From Burkholderiales bacterium (GTDB taxonomy: Bacteria > Pseudomonadota > Gammaproteobacteria > Burkholderiales > Burkholderiaceae_C), in assembly GCA_031401195.1 (NCBI GenBank), contig JANNRI010000109.1, forward strand, positions 933-64,932: a stretch of DNA of 64,000 bases. The letters are read 5' to 3'. Positions 53,995 to 64,000 of the stretch are shown piece by piece; position 1 is the first letter of the stretch, and every line of letters starts with the position of its first letter. The position numbers and the translations under genes were made by a program. The notes under the pieces were generated by a model. It made no database searches. It saw only the letters and a program-made list of their open reading frames with translations, and was not told the DNA's origin.

Positions 53995-55304
53995 CACTTG
54001 CTCACGCCCATCACCATGTCCGGCAGCCAGGTGACGATGACCGGGAACACGGTGATGAGCCCGATGCACAGCACCAGGCACATGAAGAAGGGCACGGCGG
54101 CGCGCGCGATGGTGTTGCTGTCCTTGCCGGTCAGGTTCTGCAGCACGAAGAGGTTGAAGCCCACCGGCGGCGTGACCTCGGCGATCTCCACCAGCAGCAC
54201 GATGAAGATGCCGAACCAGATCAGGTCGAAGCCTGCCTTCTGGATCATCGGCAGCACCACGGCGCTGGTGAGCACGATCATCGAAATGCCGTCCAGCGCC
54301 GTGCCCAGCACCAGGTAGACCACGGTCAGCACCGCGATCAGCGCGTAGGGCGACAGGCCCATGGCGTTGACCCAGTCGGCCAGCTCACGCGGAATGCCGG
54401 TGAAGGCCATGGTCTTGGTGAGGAAGGCCGCGCCGGCGAGGATGAACATGATCATGCAGCTCACGCGCGTGGCGCTGGTCAGGCCCTCCCAGAAGTTCTG
54501 CCAGGTCAGCATGCGCCCGGCCGCGGCGATGGCCAGCGAGCCCAGCACGCCGTAGGCCGCGCACTCGGTGGCGGTGGCCCAGCCGGCCACCAGCACCCAG
54601 ACGATGAAGATGATGAGCAGGGTCACCGGGATCAGGCTGCCCGAACGGCGGACTTTCTCCCACAGGCTCAGCCGCTCGCCCGCGGGGGGCACACGGTCGG
54701 GGTGACGGATGGCCCACCACGCGATGTAGCCGGAGAACAGCCCCATCAGCAGGAAGCCCGGCAGAAAGCCGGCGAGGAAGATGCGGATGATGGAAGCGTC
54801 GGCCGCCACGGCATACACGACCATCGTGATCGACGGCGGGATCAGGATGCCCAGCGTGCCCGCCGTGGCCAGCGAGCCGATGGCCTGCTTCTCGTCGTAG
54901 CCGCGCCTGAGCAGTTCGGGCAAGGCGACCTTGGCGATGGTGGCGCAGGTGGCCGCGGAACTGCCCGAGACCGAACCGAAGACACCGCAGCCGAGGATGG
55001 TGGTGTGCATCAACCGCCCGGGGATGCGGTCGAGCCAGGGCGCGAGGCCTTCGAACATCTGCTCGGACAGCCGCGTGCGAAAGAGGATCTCGCCCATCCA
55101 GATGAAGAGCGGCAGCGCCGCCAGCTCCCAGCTCGCGCTGCTCTCCCAGAAGGCCGAGAACAGGTTCTTGCCCGGCAGCGTGGTCGTGAAAAAGGCCTGG
55201 CCGATCCAGCCGACGATGGCCAGCGTCATGGCGATCCACACGCCGCCGGCCAGGAACAACAGCATCACGACGAGCAGGAAGGCACCGAGCCAGACGAGGT
55301 CCAT
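53994..55304 (-). CDS. TRAP transporter large permease DctM
   Basis: [36 protein letters not shown]. Confidence 0.93.
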   Translation of the reverse strand: MDLVWLGAFLLVVMLLFLAGGVWIAMTLAIVGWIGQAFFTTTLPGKNLFSAFWESSASWELAALPLFIWMGEILFRTRLSEQMFEGLAPWLDRIPGRLMHTTILGCGVFGSVSGSSAATCATIAKVALPELLRRGYDEKQAIGSLATAGTLGILIPPSITMVVYAVAADASIIRIFLAGFLPGFLLMGLFSGYIAWWAIRHPDRVPPAGERLSLWEKVRRSGSLIPVTLLIIFIVWVLVAGWATATECAAYGVLGSLAIAAAGRMLTWQNFWEGLTSATRVSCMIMFILAGAAFLTKTMAFTGIPRELADWVNAMGLSPYALIAVLTVVYLVLGTALDGISMIVLTSAVVLPMIQKAGFDLIWFGIFIVLLVEIAEVTPPVGFNLFVLQNLTGKDSNTIARAAVPFFMCLVLCIGLITVFPVIVTWLPDMVMGVSK

Positions 55305-55316
55305 GGTGGTGCGCCT

Positions 55317-55850
55317 CTACATGTCTTCAGAAAAATCGCCGCGCGCGTGGCGCTCTTGCACCAGCCGCACGTAGGTGGGTGTGGCCCCGCGCAGCACGTT
55401 GAAGAACTCGTCCAGCACCGCCACGAAAAACAACAGCGCGCCGACGACAAACGTGAGCTGCGGGATCCACATCGGCACCACGAGCAAGCCACCGGCCATG
55501 TCCTTGAACTGCCAGCTCTCGTAGGTGAAGCGCGCCGCCCACCAGGCCAGATAGCCGATGGCGGCCGCCGCCACCGCCAGCGAGGCGACCTCGAACACGC
55601 GCCGCAACGGCGGCTTGAGCGCCTCCAGCAGCAGCGTCACGCGCACGAAGTCGCCGTTGCGGAAGGCCTTGGCCATGGCGAGGAACGCCGCCGCGGCGCA
55701 CAGCCACGAGACGAGGTCGTTGATGGTGCCCACACGCCAGCCAAGCTCGCGCCCGATGGAGGCATAGATCATCAGCAAGAAAATCGCCAGGATGCACAGC
55801 GCAGCCAGCGCCGCGGCGGTGTCGTAGAGGGCATCGAGGAAGCGGCGCAT
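55317..55850 (-). CDS. TRAP transporter small permease DctQ
   Basis: Four TM segments, GDFVRV, PMWIPQ; between dctP and dctM. Confidence 0.88.
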   Translation of the reverse strand: MRRFLDALYDTAAALAALCILAIFLLMIYASIGRELGWRVGTINDLVSWLCAAAAFLAMAKAFRNGDFVRVTLLLEALKPPLRRVFEVASLAVAAAAIGYLAWWAARFTYESWQFKDMAGGLLVVPMWIPQLTFVVGALLFFVAVLDEFFNVLRGATPTYVRLVQERHARGDFSEDM

Positions 55851-55902
55851 GCTCGGCAGGATAAAGGGCTGGGTTGCGAGCGCCGAGTGTCGCAGCCCGC
55901 GG

Positions 55903-56883
55903 CTACTTGCGGTAGGCGTCGATCACCGCCTTGCCATCGGTACCGGCTTGTGCCAGCCAGTCGCCCGTCATCTTCTCGCCGATGGCACGCAGTTCGCGCT
56001 TCAGGCCCGTGGCCTGCGGGTCGATGCTCATGCCCTTGGCCGCCAGCTCCTTGAGGTATTCGCCGTCGCGCTCCTCGCTGATGCGCCAGCCGCGGGCTTC
56101 GGCTGCGGCGGCGCTCTTCAGCACGGCCTCCTGCGTGGCCTTGTCCAGCGCCTCCCAGGCGCGCTGGTTCACCACCACGGCGTTGCGCGGCAGCCAGGCG
56201 GCCACGGCATAGAAGTGCTTCACATGCTCGTGCAGCTTGCTGTCCACGCCGCTGGCGCTGCTGGTGAGAAAGTTGTTCACCGCGCCCGTGGCCAGGGCCT
56301 GCGGCAGCTCGGCCAGTTGCACCGTCACCGGCTGCGCGCCCACCAGTTCGGCGATCTTCGAGGTGGCGGGGTTGTAGGCGCGCATGCGGGTGCCCTTCAG
56401 GTCCGCGAGCGTCTGCACGGGCTTGCTGGAGTACAGGCTCTGCGGCGGCCACGGCACCGCGTACAGCAGCTTCAGCCCCTGGCCCGTCAACACGCGTTCG
56501 AGCGCGGGGCGCGAGGCGTCTTGCAGTCGCCTCGCGTCGGCATAGCTGGTGGCCAGGAAGGGGATCGAGTCCACGCCATAGATCGGGTGGTCGTTGCTGG
56601 CCCCGGAGAGGATGAATTCGCCCACCGGCGCCTGCGCGCCCTGCACCGCGCGCTTGATCTCGTTGGCCTTGAAGAGCGACGCATTGGCGTGCACCACGAT
56701 CTTCAGCTTGCCGCCGGTGGCCTTGTCGACCTCTTCGCCGAACCATTGCAGGTTCTGCACCTGGAAGGTGTTGACGCCATAGCCCGAGGGCAGGTCCCAC
56801 TTGGTCTGCGCGGATGCTGTGCCGGCGTAGAGGCCAACGGCCATCAAACCGAAGGAGGCTGCGAAGAAGGTCTTGCGGTTCAT
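55903..56883 (-). CDS. TRAP substrate-binding protein DctP
   Basis: KWDLPSGY, TGGKLKI.VH.NASL, DLKGTRMRAY. Confidence 0.9.
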   Translation of the reverse strand: MNRKTFFAASFGLMAVGLYAGTASAQTKWDLPSGYGVNTFQVQNLQWFGEEVDKATGGKLKIVVHANASLFKANEIKRAVQGAQAPVGEFILSGASNDHPIYGVDSIPFLATSYADARRLQDASRPALERVLTGQGLKLLYAVPWPPQSLYSSKPVQTLADLKGTRMRAYNPATSKIAELVGAQPVTVQLAELPQALATGAVNNFLTSSASGVDSKLHEHVKHFYAVAAWLPRNAVVVNQRAWEALDKATQEAVLKSAAAAEARGWRISEERDGEYLKELAAKGMSIDPQATGLKRELRAIGEKMTGDWLAQAGTDGKAVIDAYRK

Positions 56884-56903
56884 GGCGGGAGCTCCTTGCC
56901 GGC

Positions 56904-57791
56904 TCAGAAACTGGCCAGCTGCTGGTTGAGAAGGTCGGAAATCAGCATGGCACCCGGCGCATGCGTGATGGCGAATGGCAAACGCGCCTGCGCGAGTGCC
57001 GCTTGCGGCGTGACCCCGCAGGCCCAGTAGACCGGCATCTCGCCGGGCCGCACCTCGACCGCGTCGCCGTAGTGCGGCTGCGCCAGATCCTCGATGCCGA
57101 TCTGCCGCGGGTCGCCCAGGTGCACCGGCGCACCGTGCACGGCCGGGAAGCGCGAGGTGATCTGCACGGCGCGGATGGCGTCGGCCGGTGTCAGCGGGCG
57201 CATCGTCACCACGAGCGGGCCGGCGAAGGGCCCGGCCGGCACGGTGGCGATGTGGGTGCGGTACATCGCCACGTTGCGCCCCTGCTGCACGTGGCGCAGC
57301 ACGATGCCGTCGTCCATCAGCGCCTGCTCGAAGCTGAACGAGCAGCCGATGACGAAGGTGACGAGGTCGTCGCGCCACAGCGCGGCGATGTCGGTGGGCT
57401 CGTCGGCGAGGCGGCCGTCGCGCCACACGCGGTAGCGCGGCAGGTCGGTGCGGATGTCGAGGTCCGGCGCGAGCGTGCGCAGCATCGGGTCGCCGGCATC
57501 GCCCACCGCCAGCAGCGGGCAGGGGCGCGGGTTGCGCTGGCAGTAGAGCAGGAAGTGCTGCGCCGCCTCGCGCGGCAGGATGACCACGTTGCCCTGTACG
57601 TGGCGCTCGGCCAGGCCGCTGGTGTGGCCGCTCCAGCGGCCGGCGCGAAAGGCGGCGCGCAGTTCGGCCGGGAGGCTCAGCGGGCCGATGCCGGCGCTGG
57701 CGTGCGCGGCCGAGGTGGCCGTGGCGACCCGCGCGCTGTCGGTGGGCATGGAAGACGGGCTCGGCATCGGGCGCGACATGGGACTCGGCAT
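56904..57791 (-). CDS. DUF1445 / UPF0317 putative hydro-lyase (D-glutamate cyclase-like, YcsI)
   Basis: [48 protein letters not shown]; start uncertain. Confidence 0.88.
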   Translation of the reverse strand: MPSPMSRPMPSPSSMPTDSARVATATSAAHASAGIGPLSLPAELRAAFRAGRWSGHTSGLAERHVQGNVVILPREAAQHFLLYCQRNPRPCPLLAVGDAGDPMLRTLAPDLDIRTDLPRYRVWRDGRLADEPTDIAALWRDDLVTFVIGCSFSFEQALMDDGIVLRHVQQGRNVAMYRTHIATVPAGPFAGPLVVTMRPLTPADAIRAVQITSRFPAVHGAPVHLGDPRQIGIEDLAQPHYGDAVEVRPGEMPVYWACGVTPQAALAQARLPFAITHAPGAMLISDLLNQQLASF

Positions 57792-57842
57792 GGAGCGGGA
57801 TTGTTGGAAGCGCCCGCCCACGGTGGCAAACGGCAAATTTTT

Positions 57843-58781
57843 CTATGCTTTCATCGATTTTTTCGATGACGTGGGCGGGCGCCCGAAGGTGAGCGCGCGC
57901 TCCGCTGCCAGCGCCACCAGAGGCGTCGCAGGGTCGTCGCGCCAGCTGAGGTGGATGGGCAGGGGTTGCAGTTCGGCGGCGCAGCGCAGCGCCTCCAGCG
58001 GCCGCCGCTGGGCCAGGCGCGCCACCGCCGCCGCCGGCAAGGTGGCCACGCCGAAGCCCTGCTCCACCAGCTCCACCATCGCCGAAATGGAGGAGATGCT
58101 GTGCACGCGCGGCGCTGCCACGCCCTGGCGACGGCACAGGTCCAGCAGCGCCACATGCGGCTGCGAGCCGCGCTGAAAGGTGAGCAGTTCGTACTCTGCG
58201 GCCAGGTTCTGCAGCGGGATGGGCGCTCGACGCCGCGGCGCCCGCTGGCCGGGACGCACCGGTTCCTGCGGTCGGCCGACGAAGACCATCGGCATCGGCG
58301 CCAGCGCACGCGTGTCGATGCCGTCGCCGTCCACCGGCAAGGCCGTCAGCACGAGGTCTGCGGCGCCGCGGCGCATCTGGTCCATCAGCACGGGCGTGGT
58401 TTCCACCGTGAGCTCGAGCTGCAGCGCCGGCTGCTCGGCGCGCAGGGCCTGCACCCACTCGATGAGCCACGAGTGCAGCACCGACTCGATGGCGCCCACG
58501 CGCAGCACGCCGCTCTGCGCACTCGCCGGGCCGCTCAGTTCACTGCGGATCTCGCGCTGCAGGTTGAGCAGCCTCTCGGCGTGGCGATGGAACCGCGTGC
58601 CCGCGGTGGTGAGGCGGAACTGCTTGTCGCGGCGGTCGAGCAGCAGCACGCCTAGCTCCTCCTCGAGCGTGGCGATGCGGCTGGACAGCGCCGACTGCGT
58701 GACGAAGAGCCTTTCGGCCGCCCGCGTCACGCTCTTGAGCATGACGGCCCAGTAAAAGGCTTCGACGAAGCGCAGATTCAT
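57843..58781 (-). CDS. LysR-family transcriptional regulator
   Basis: SVTRAAERLFVTQSALSSRIATLEEELG. Confidence 0.93.
   Translation of the reverse strand: MNLRFVEAFYWAVMLKSVTRAAERLFVTQSALSSRIATLEEELGVLLLDRRDKQFRLTTAGTRFHRHAERLLNLQREIRSELSGPASAQSGVLRVGAIESVLHSWLIEWVQALRAEQPALQLELTVETTPVLMDQMRRGAADLVLTALPVDGDGIDTRALAPMPMVFVGRPQEPVRPGQRAPRRRAPIPLQNLAAEYELLTFQRGSQPHVALLDLCRRQGVAAPRVHSISSISAMVELVEQGFGVATLPAAAVARLAQRRPLEALRCAAELQPLPIHLSWRDDPATPLVALAAERALTFGRPPTSSKKSMKA
57851..57869. promoter_or_regulatory. LysR-type T-N11-A palindromic box
   Basis: TCATCGA-TTTTT-TCGATGA in an AT-rich patch upstream of the hydro-lyase operon. Confidence 0.6.
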
Positions 58782-59527
58782 GACGGCGCTTGCTGGCGCA
58801 AAGCGGCCATGCGTTCGCGCTGCAGCACCATGCGTTCGTGAAGCAGCGCCATGCGTTCGTGCAGCAGCGAGACCACGTGGTGCACCGCGCACCCGGTGGC
58901 CGCCTGCAGCGCCGCGGCGTAGGGCGGCAGGTTGGTGCACTCCAGCACCAGGGCCTGCAGCCCCGAATGCCGCGCCTGCAGGCGCCGGCCCGCTGCCAGC
59001 ACCTGCTGCTCGGCATCGGCGGCATCGAGCTCGGCCCGGTTCTCCAGCAGCGTGCGGTGCAGCGGCGTCCCGGGCGCGATGCCCTCCACCGGCGTGGCGG
59101 GGTGCGCACCCACGGCTTCGAAGTGCAACCGCGTCAGCGATGCGGCTTCGATCGTGATCACGCCGGCACGCACGCCGGCACGCGCCAGGCCCGGCAAGAC
59201 CAGCAGCGCCGAACTCCACACCGGCACTGGCAACGCTGCCTGCAGCTCGTGCTGCCAGCGCGCGAGAAAGCCGCAACTCGTGCCGAGCGCCACCGCACCC
59301 TCGCGCACCAGTTCGAGCCCGGCCCGCACGAACGGCTCGATCAGCGCCGGGTCGTCGCCGCGCACCACACGCGCCGGGTCGGCGCCTCGCACCACCTTGT
59401 AGCGAACCGGGAATCCGAAGCTCCCCGCGTGCCCGATATCACCCAGCGGGCGCGGGAATCCTGTGTCCAGCATCAGGATGCCGAGCGTTGCCGCCGGGCC
59501 TGCGTCGGGCAGCGAGGGGGAATGCAT
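58778..59527 (-). CDS. Asp/Glu/hydantoin racemase superfamily protein
   Basis: LGILMLDT.FPR..GD, TSCGF and LECTNLPPY cysteine motifs. Confidence 0.8.
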   Translation of the reverse strand: MHSPSLPDAGPAATLGILMLDTGFPRPLGDIGHAGSFGFPVRYKVVRGADPARVVRGDDPALIEPFVRAGLELVREGAVALGTSCGFLARWQHELQAALPVPVWSSALLVLPGLARAGVRAGVITIEAASLTRLHFEAVGAHPATPVEGIAPGTPLHRTLLENRAELDAADAEQQVLAAGRRLQARHSGLQALVLECTNLPPYAAALQAATGCAVHHVVSLLHERMALLHERMVLQRERMAALRQQAPS

Positions 59528-59621
59528 GGGGTTGTCAGGGTAGCCCCGACCGTCTTTCCCCGGGGCGTGGGCCTATGCTAGCCAGATGTCATCGACGGCA
59601 CCGCCGACTATAGGAGTGACC

Positions 59622-60620
59622 ATGCCCTTCTCCCGCCGCGCCTTTGCGCACCACGCTCTCGCCCGAGCCGCCTTCGCGGCAGCGCTCATCTTCGCTTTCG
59701 GCGCCGCCCAGGCGCAGGTGAAGTGGGACCTGCCGGCTGCCTACCCGGCCACCAACTTCCACACCGTGAACCTGCAGGAGTTCGCCAACGACATCGACAA
59801 GGCCACCGGCGGCAAGCTCAAGGTCACCGTGCATGCCAACGCGTCGCTGTTCAAGGCGCCCGAGATCAAGCGCGCCGTGCAGGGCGGCCAGGCGCAGATC
59901 GGTGAGATCCTGATGGTGAACTACCAGAACGAGTGGCAGCTCTTCGGCGCCGATGGCCTGCCTTTCCTTGCCGACAGCTACGACTCGGCGATGAAGCTGT
60001 GGCAGGCGCAGAGGCCACTGGTGGACAAGAAGCTCGGCGAACAGGGCCTGATGGCGCTGTACGCGGTGCCGTGGCCGCCGCAGGGCATCTACTCGAAGAA
60101 GCCGCTCGCCGCCGCCGCCGACCTGAAGGGCATGAAGTGGCGTGCCTACAGCCCGGCCACCGCGCGCATCGCCGAGCTGGTGGGCGCCCAGCCCGTCACC
60201 GTGCAGGCCGCCGAGCTCTCGCAGGCGCTCGCCACGGGCCTGGTGGAGAGCTACATGTCCAGCGGCTCCACGGGCGCGGACAGCAAGACCTACGAGCATC
60301 TGAAGTACTGGTACGACACCCAGGCCTGGCTGCCCAAGAACCTGGTCCTCGTCAACAAGGCCGCCTTCGACGCGCTGGACGCGCCCACCCGAGCCGCAGT
60401 GCTCAAGGCCGCCGCCGACGCCGAGGTGCGAGGCCTCGCCGCCAGCAAGAAGACCAACGGCGAGAGCCTGGACAAGCTCAAGGCCGGCGGCATGCAGATC
60501 CTGCCGCCCTCGGCGGCGCTGAAAGGCGACATGAAGAAGGTCGGCGACACCATGCTCAAGGAGTGGCTGGAGAAGGCCGGCTCCGAGGGCAAGCAGCTGG
60601 TCGACACCTTCACGAAGTAG
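59622..60620 (+). CDS. Second TRAP substrate-binding protein DctP (paralog)
   Basis: TAGGAG RBS; KWDLPAAY, TGGKLKV.VHANASLFK, DLKGMKWRAY. Confidence 0.9.
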   Translation: MPFSRRAFAHHALARAAFAAALIFAFGAAQAQVKWDLPAAYPATNFHTVNLQEFANDIDKATGGKLKVTVHANASLFKAPEIKRAVQGGQAQIGEILMVNYQNEWQLFGADGLPFLADSYDSAMKLWQAQRPLVDKKLGEQGLMALYAVPWPPQGIYSKKPLAAAADLKGMKWRAYSPATARIAELVGAQPVTVQAAELSQALATGLVESYMSSGSTGADSKTYEHLKYWYDTQAWLPKNLVLVNKAAFDALDAPTRAAVLKAAADAEVRGLAASKKTNGESLDKLKAGGMQILPPSAALKGDMKKVGDTMLKEWLEKAGSEGKQLVDTFTK

Positions 60621-60689
60621 CCGGCTTTCGCCGGCCAGTTCGCGGCCACGGGCACGGGGGCCCGTCCCTAACATGGGGCGATCCTCCTT

Positions 60690-62507
<1,818 letters not shown>

Positions 62508-62514
62508 GCGCCGC

Positions 62515-63777
62515 ATGGCGACCTGGGCCTGGCGCGGCCGCAACGGCCGCGGCGAACTGATGACCGGCACGCTGGAAGGCGCCGACGACCACGCCGTGGC
62601 CGACCAGCTGCTCGCCGGCGGCGTCACGCCCGTGGCCATCGAGCCGGCACGCGCCGCCGTTGTGGCCGCCGGAGCAGCCCTGGGTGCCGCCGGCCAGGAC
62701 GCGCGCTCCGCGCTGCAGGCGCTGCGCCAGCGCCCGGTGAACGACGAAGACCTGCTGCTGCTGTCGCGCCAGATGGCCACGCTCAACCGCGCCGGTGTGC
62801 CGCTGCTGCGCGCGCTCGCCGGCCTGCAGGCGAGCACGCCCAAGGCCTCGCTGATCGCGTTGTTGGTGGACGTGCGCGCCAGCCTCGACCAGGGCCGCGA
62901 GCTGGCCGCCGCGATGGCACGCCATCCGCGTGTCTTCTCGCCTTTCTACATCGCTGTCATCCGCGTGGGCGAGATGACAGGCCGACTCACCGAAGCTTTC
63001 GCACGCCTGGCCGAACACCTGGAGTTCGAGCTCGACGTGCGTGCCCGCGTCAAGCAGGCGTTGCGCTATCCGATGCTGGTGTGCGGCGCCATCGGCATCG
63101 CGATGGTCGTCATCAACCTCTTCGTCATCCCCACCTTCGCCAACGTATTTGCCGGCTTCAAGGCCGAGCTGCCGCTGATGACGCGGGTGCTGCTCGGCGT
63201 CTCGTCCTTCACGGTGGGCTGGTGGCCCTTGCTGCTGGCCGCGGGCATCGCCGCCGCCTGGGGCGTGAAGCTGTGGCTGGCTACGCCGGCCGGCCGCTAC
63301 GCCTGGGACAAGGCCAAGTTGCGCCTGCCCATCGCGGGGCCGATCGTGCTCAAGGCCACGCTGTCGCGCTTTGCGCGCAGCTTCGCCATGGCCAGCAAGA
63401 GCGGCGTGCCGATCACGCGCAGCATGTCCATCGTGGCGCAGACGGTGGACAACGCCTACATCGGGCAACGCATCGAGCAGATGCGTGAGGGCATCGAGCG
63501 CGGCGAGAGCCTTTCGCGCTGCGCCACCGCGGCCGGTGTCTTCACGCCCGTGGTGCTGCAGATGATCGCAGTGGGCGAGGAGACGGGCGAACTCGACACG
63601 CTGCTGTCGGAGATCGCCGAGATGTACGAGCGCGAGACCGACTACGCCATCAAGGGGCTGTCCTCGGCCATCGAGCCGGTGTTGCTCACCGTGATCGGCG
63701 CCATGGTGCTGGTGCTGGCGCTGGGGGTCTTCCTGCCGCTGTGGAACCTGGGCCAGGCGGCCGGGGCCGGGCGGTGA
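62515..63777 (+). CDS. mshG: T2SS F / PilC-family platform protein (MshG-like)
   Basis: SRQMATL..AGVPL, GEMTGRL, ALRYP, VGEETGEL, IEP. Confidence 0.82.
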   Translation: MATWAWRGRNGRGELMTGTLEGADDHAVADQLLAGGVTPVAIEPARAAVVAAGAALGAAGQDARSALQALRQRPVNDEDLLLLSRQMATLNRAGVPLLRALAGLQASTPKASLIALLVDVRASLDQGRELAAAMARHPRVFSPFYIAVIRVGEMTGRLTEAFARLAEHLEFELDVRARVKQALRYPMLVCGAIGIAMVVINLFVIPTFANVFAGFKAELPLMTRVLLGVSSFTVGWWPLLLAAGIAAAWGVKLWLATPAGRYAWDKAKLRLPIAGPIVLKATLSRFARSFAMASKSGVPITRSMSIVAQTVDNAYIGQRIEQMREGIERGESLSRCATAAGVFTPVVLQMIAVGEETGELDTLLSEIAEMYERETDYAIKGLSSAIEPVLLTVIGAMVLVLALGVFLPLWNLGQAAGAGR

Positions 63778-63791
63778 ACCACTCCCGTGTA

Positions 63792-63887
63792 GCGCCTTTG
63801 GCGTGTCTGCCCAGTGCACCTTTGGCGTGTCTGCCCAACGCGCCTTTGGCGCGTCTGCCCAACGCGCCTCTGGCGCGTGTGCCCTAA
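63792..63887. repeat. 24-bp tandem repeat x4 upstream of pilin gene
   Basis: GC(G/A)CCT(T/C)TGGCG(T/C)GT(C/G)TGCCCnnn units contiguous, no spacers. Confidence 0.9.
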
Positions 63888-63942
63888 AGCGCCGGCACAG
63901 GTGGCCGATATCCCTTCCAGGTCCACAGTCTAGGAGAGCCGC

Positions 63943-64000
63943 ATGCGCCGCCAACAACGAGGTTTCACCCTCATCGAACTCGTCATGGTCATCGTGCTGA
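63943..64000 (+). CDS. Type IV prepilin (MshA/B-like), partial
   Basis: TAGGAG RBS; MRRQQRG^FTLIELVMVIVL prepilin cleavage/N-methylation motif. Confidence 0.88.
   Translation, partial: MRRQQRGFTLIELVMVIVL

Noticed and set aside
63792-63887. Possible mini-CRISPR (24-bp palindromic repeats)
   Set aside because: Units are contiguous with no unique spacers and there are no cas genes in the window.

Overview
Very GC-rich chromosomal window whose gene set and order fit a betaproteobacterium of the Burkholderiales (Rubrivivax/Sphaerotilus-like; inference). The left 5.7 kb is a defence/toxin-antitoxin island edge: the 5' part of a type I R-M hsdM, three type II TA pairs (Phd/YefM-RelE/ParE, HipBA, FitAB/VapBC; palindromic operators visible for the last two), a GST and a GST pseudogene. 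The middle is mostly housekeeping and envelope genes: pepF, DUF1800/DUF1501, PlpD-like patatin, ruvC, purH-fis-dusB, argB-slmA, hisIE, tatABC, dgkA and a fused IOR. The right end has a putative D-glutamate/5-oxoproline catabolic cluster (racemase-like, LysR, DUF1445 cyclase, TRAP, fused oxoprolinase) and the start of an MSHA-type pilus locus. The most unusual signal is a ~239-bp non-coding element in three copies (609-847, 44207-44445, 44494-44733). Its long stems differ in sequence between copies but keep base pairing (covariation, G-U wobbles biased to one strand) around a conserved core, which suggests a structured RNA or ssDNA mobile element. No rRNA, tRNA, CRISPR array or transposase was seen. 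All calls come from reading motifs by eye; no database searches were run.
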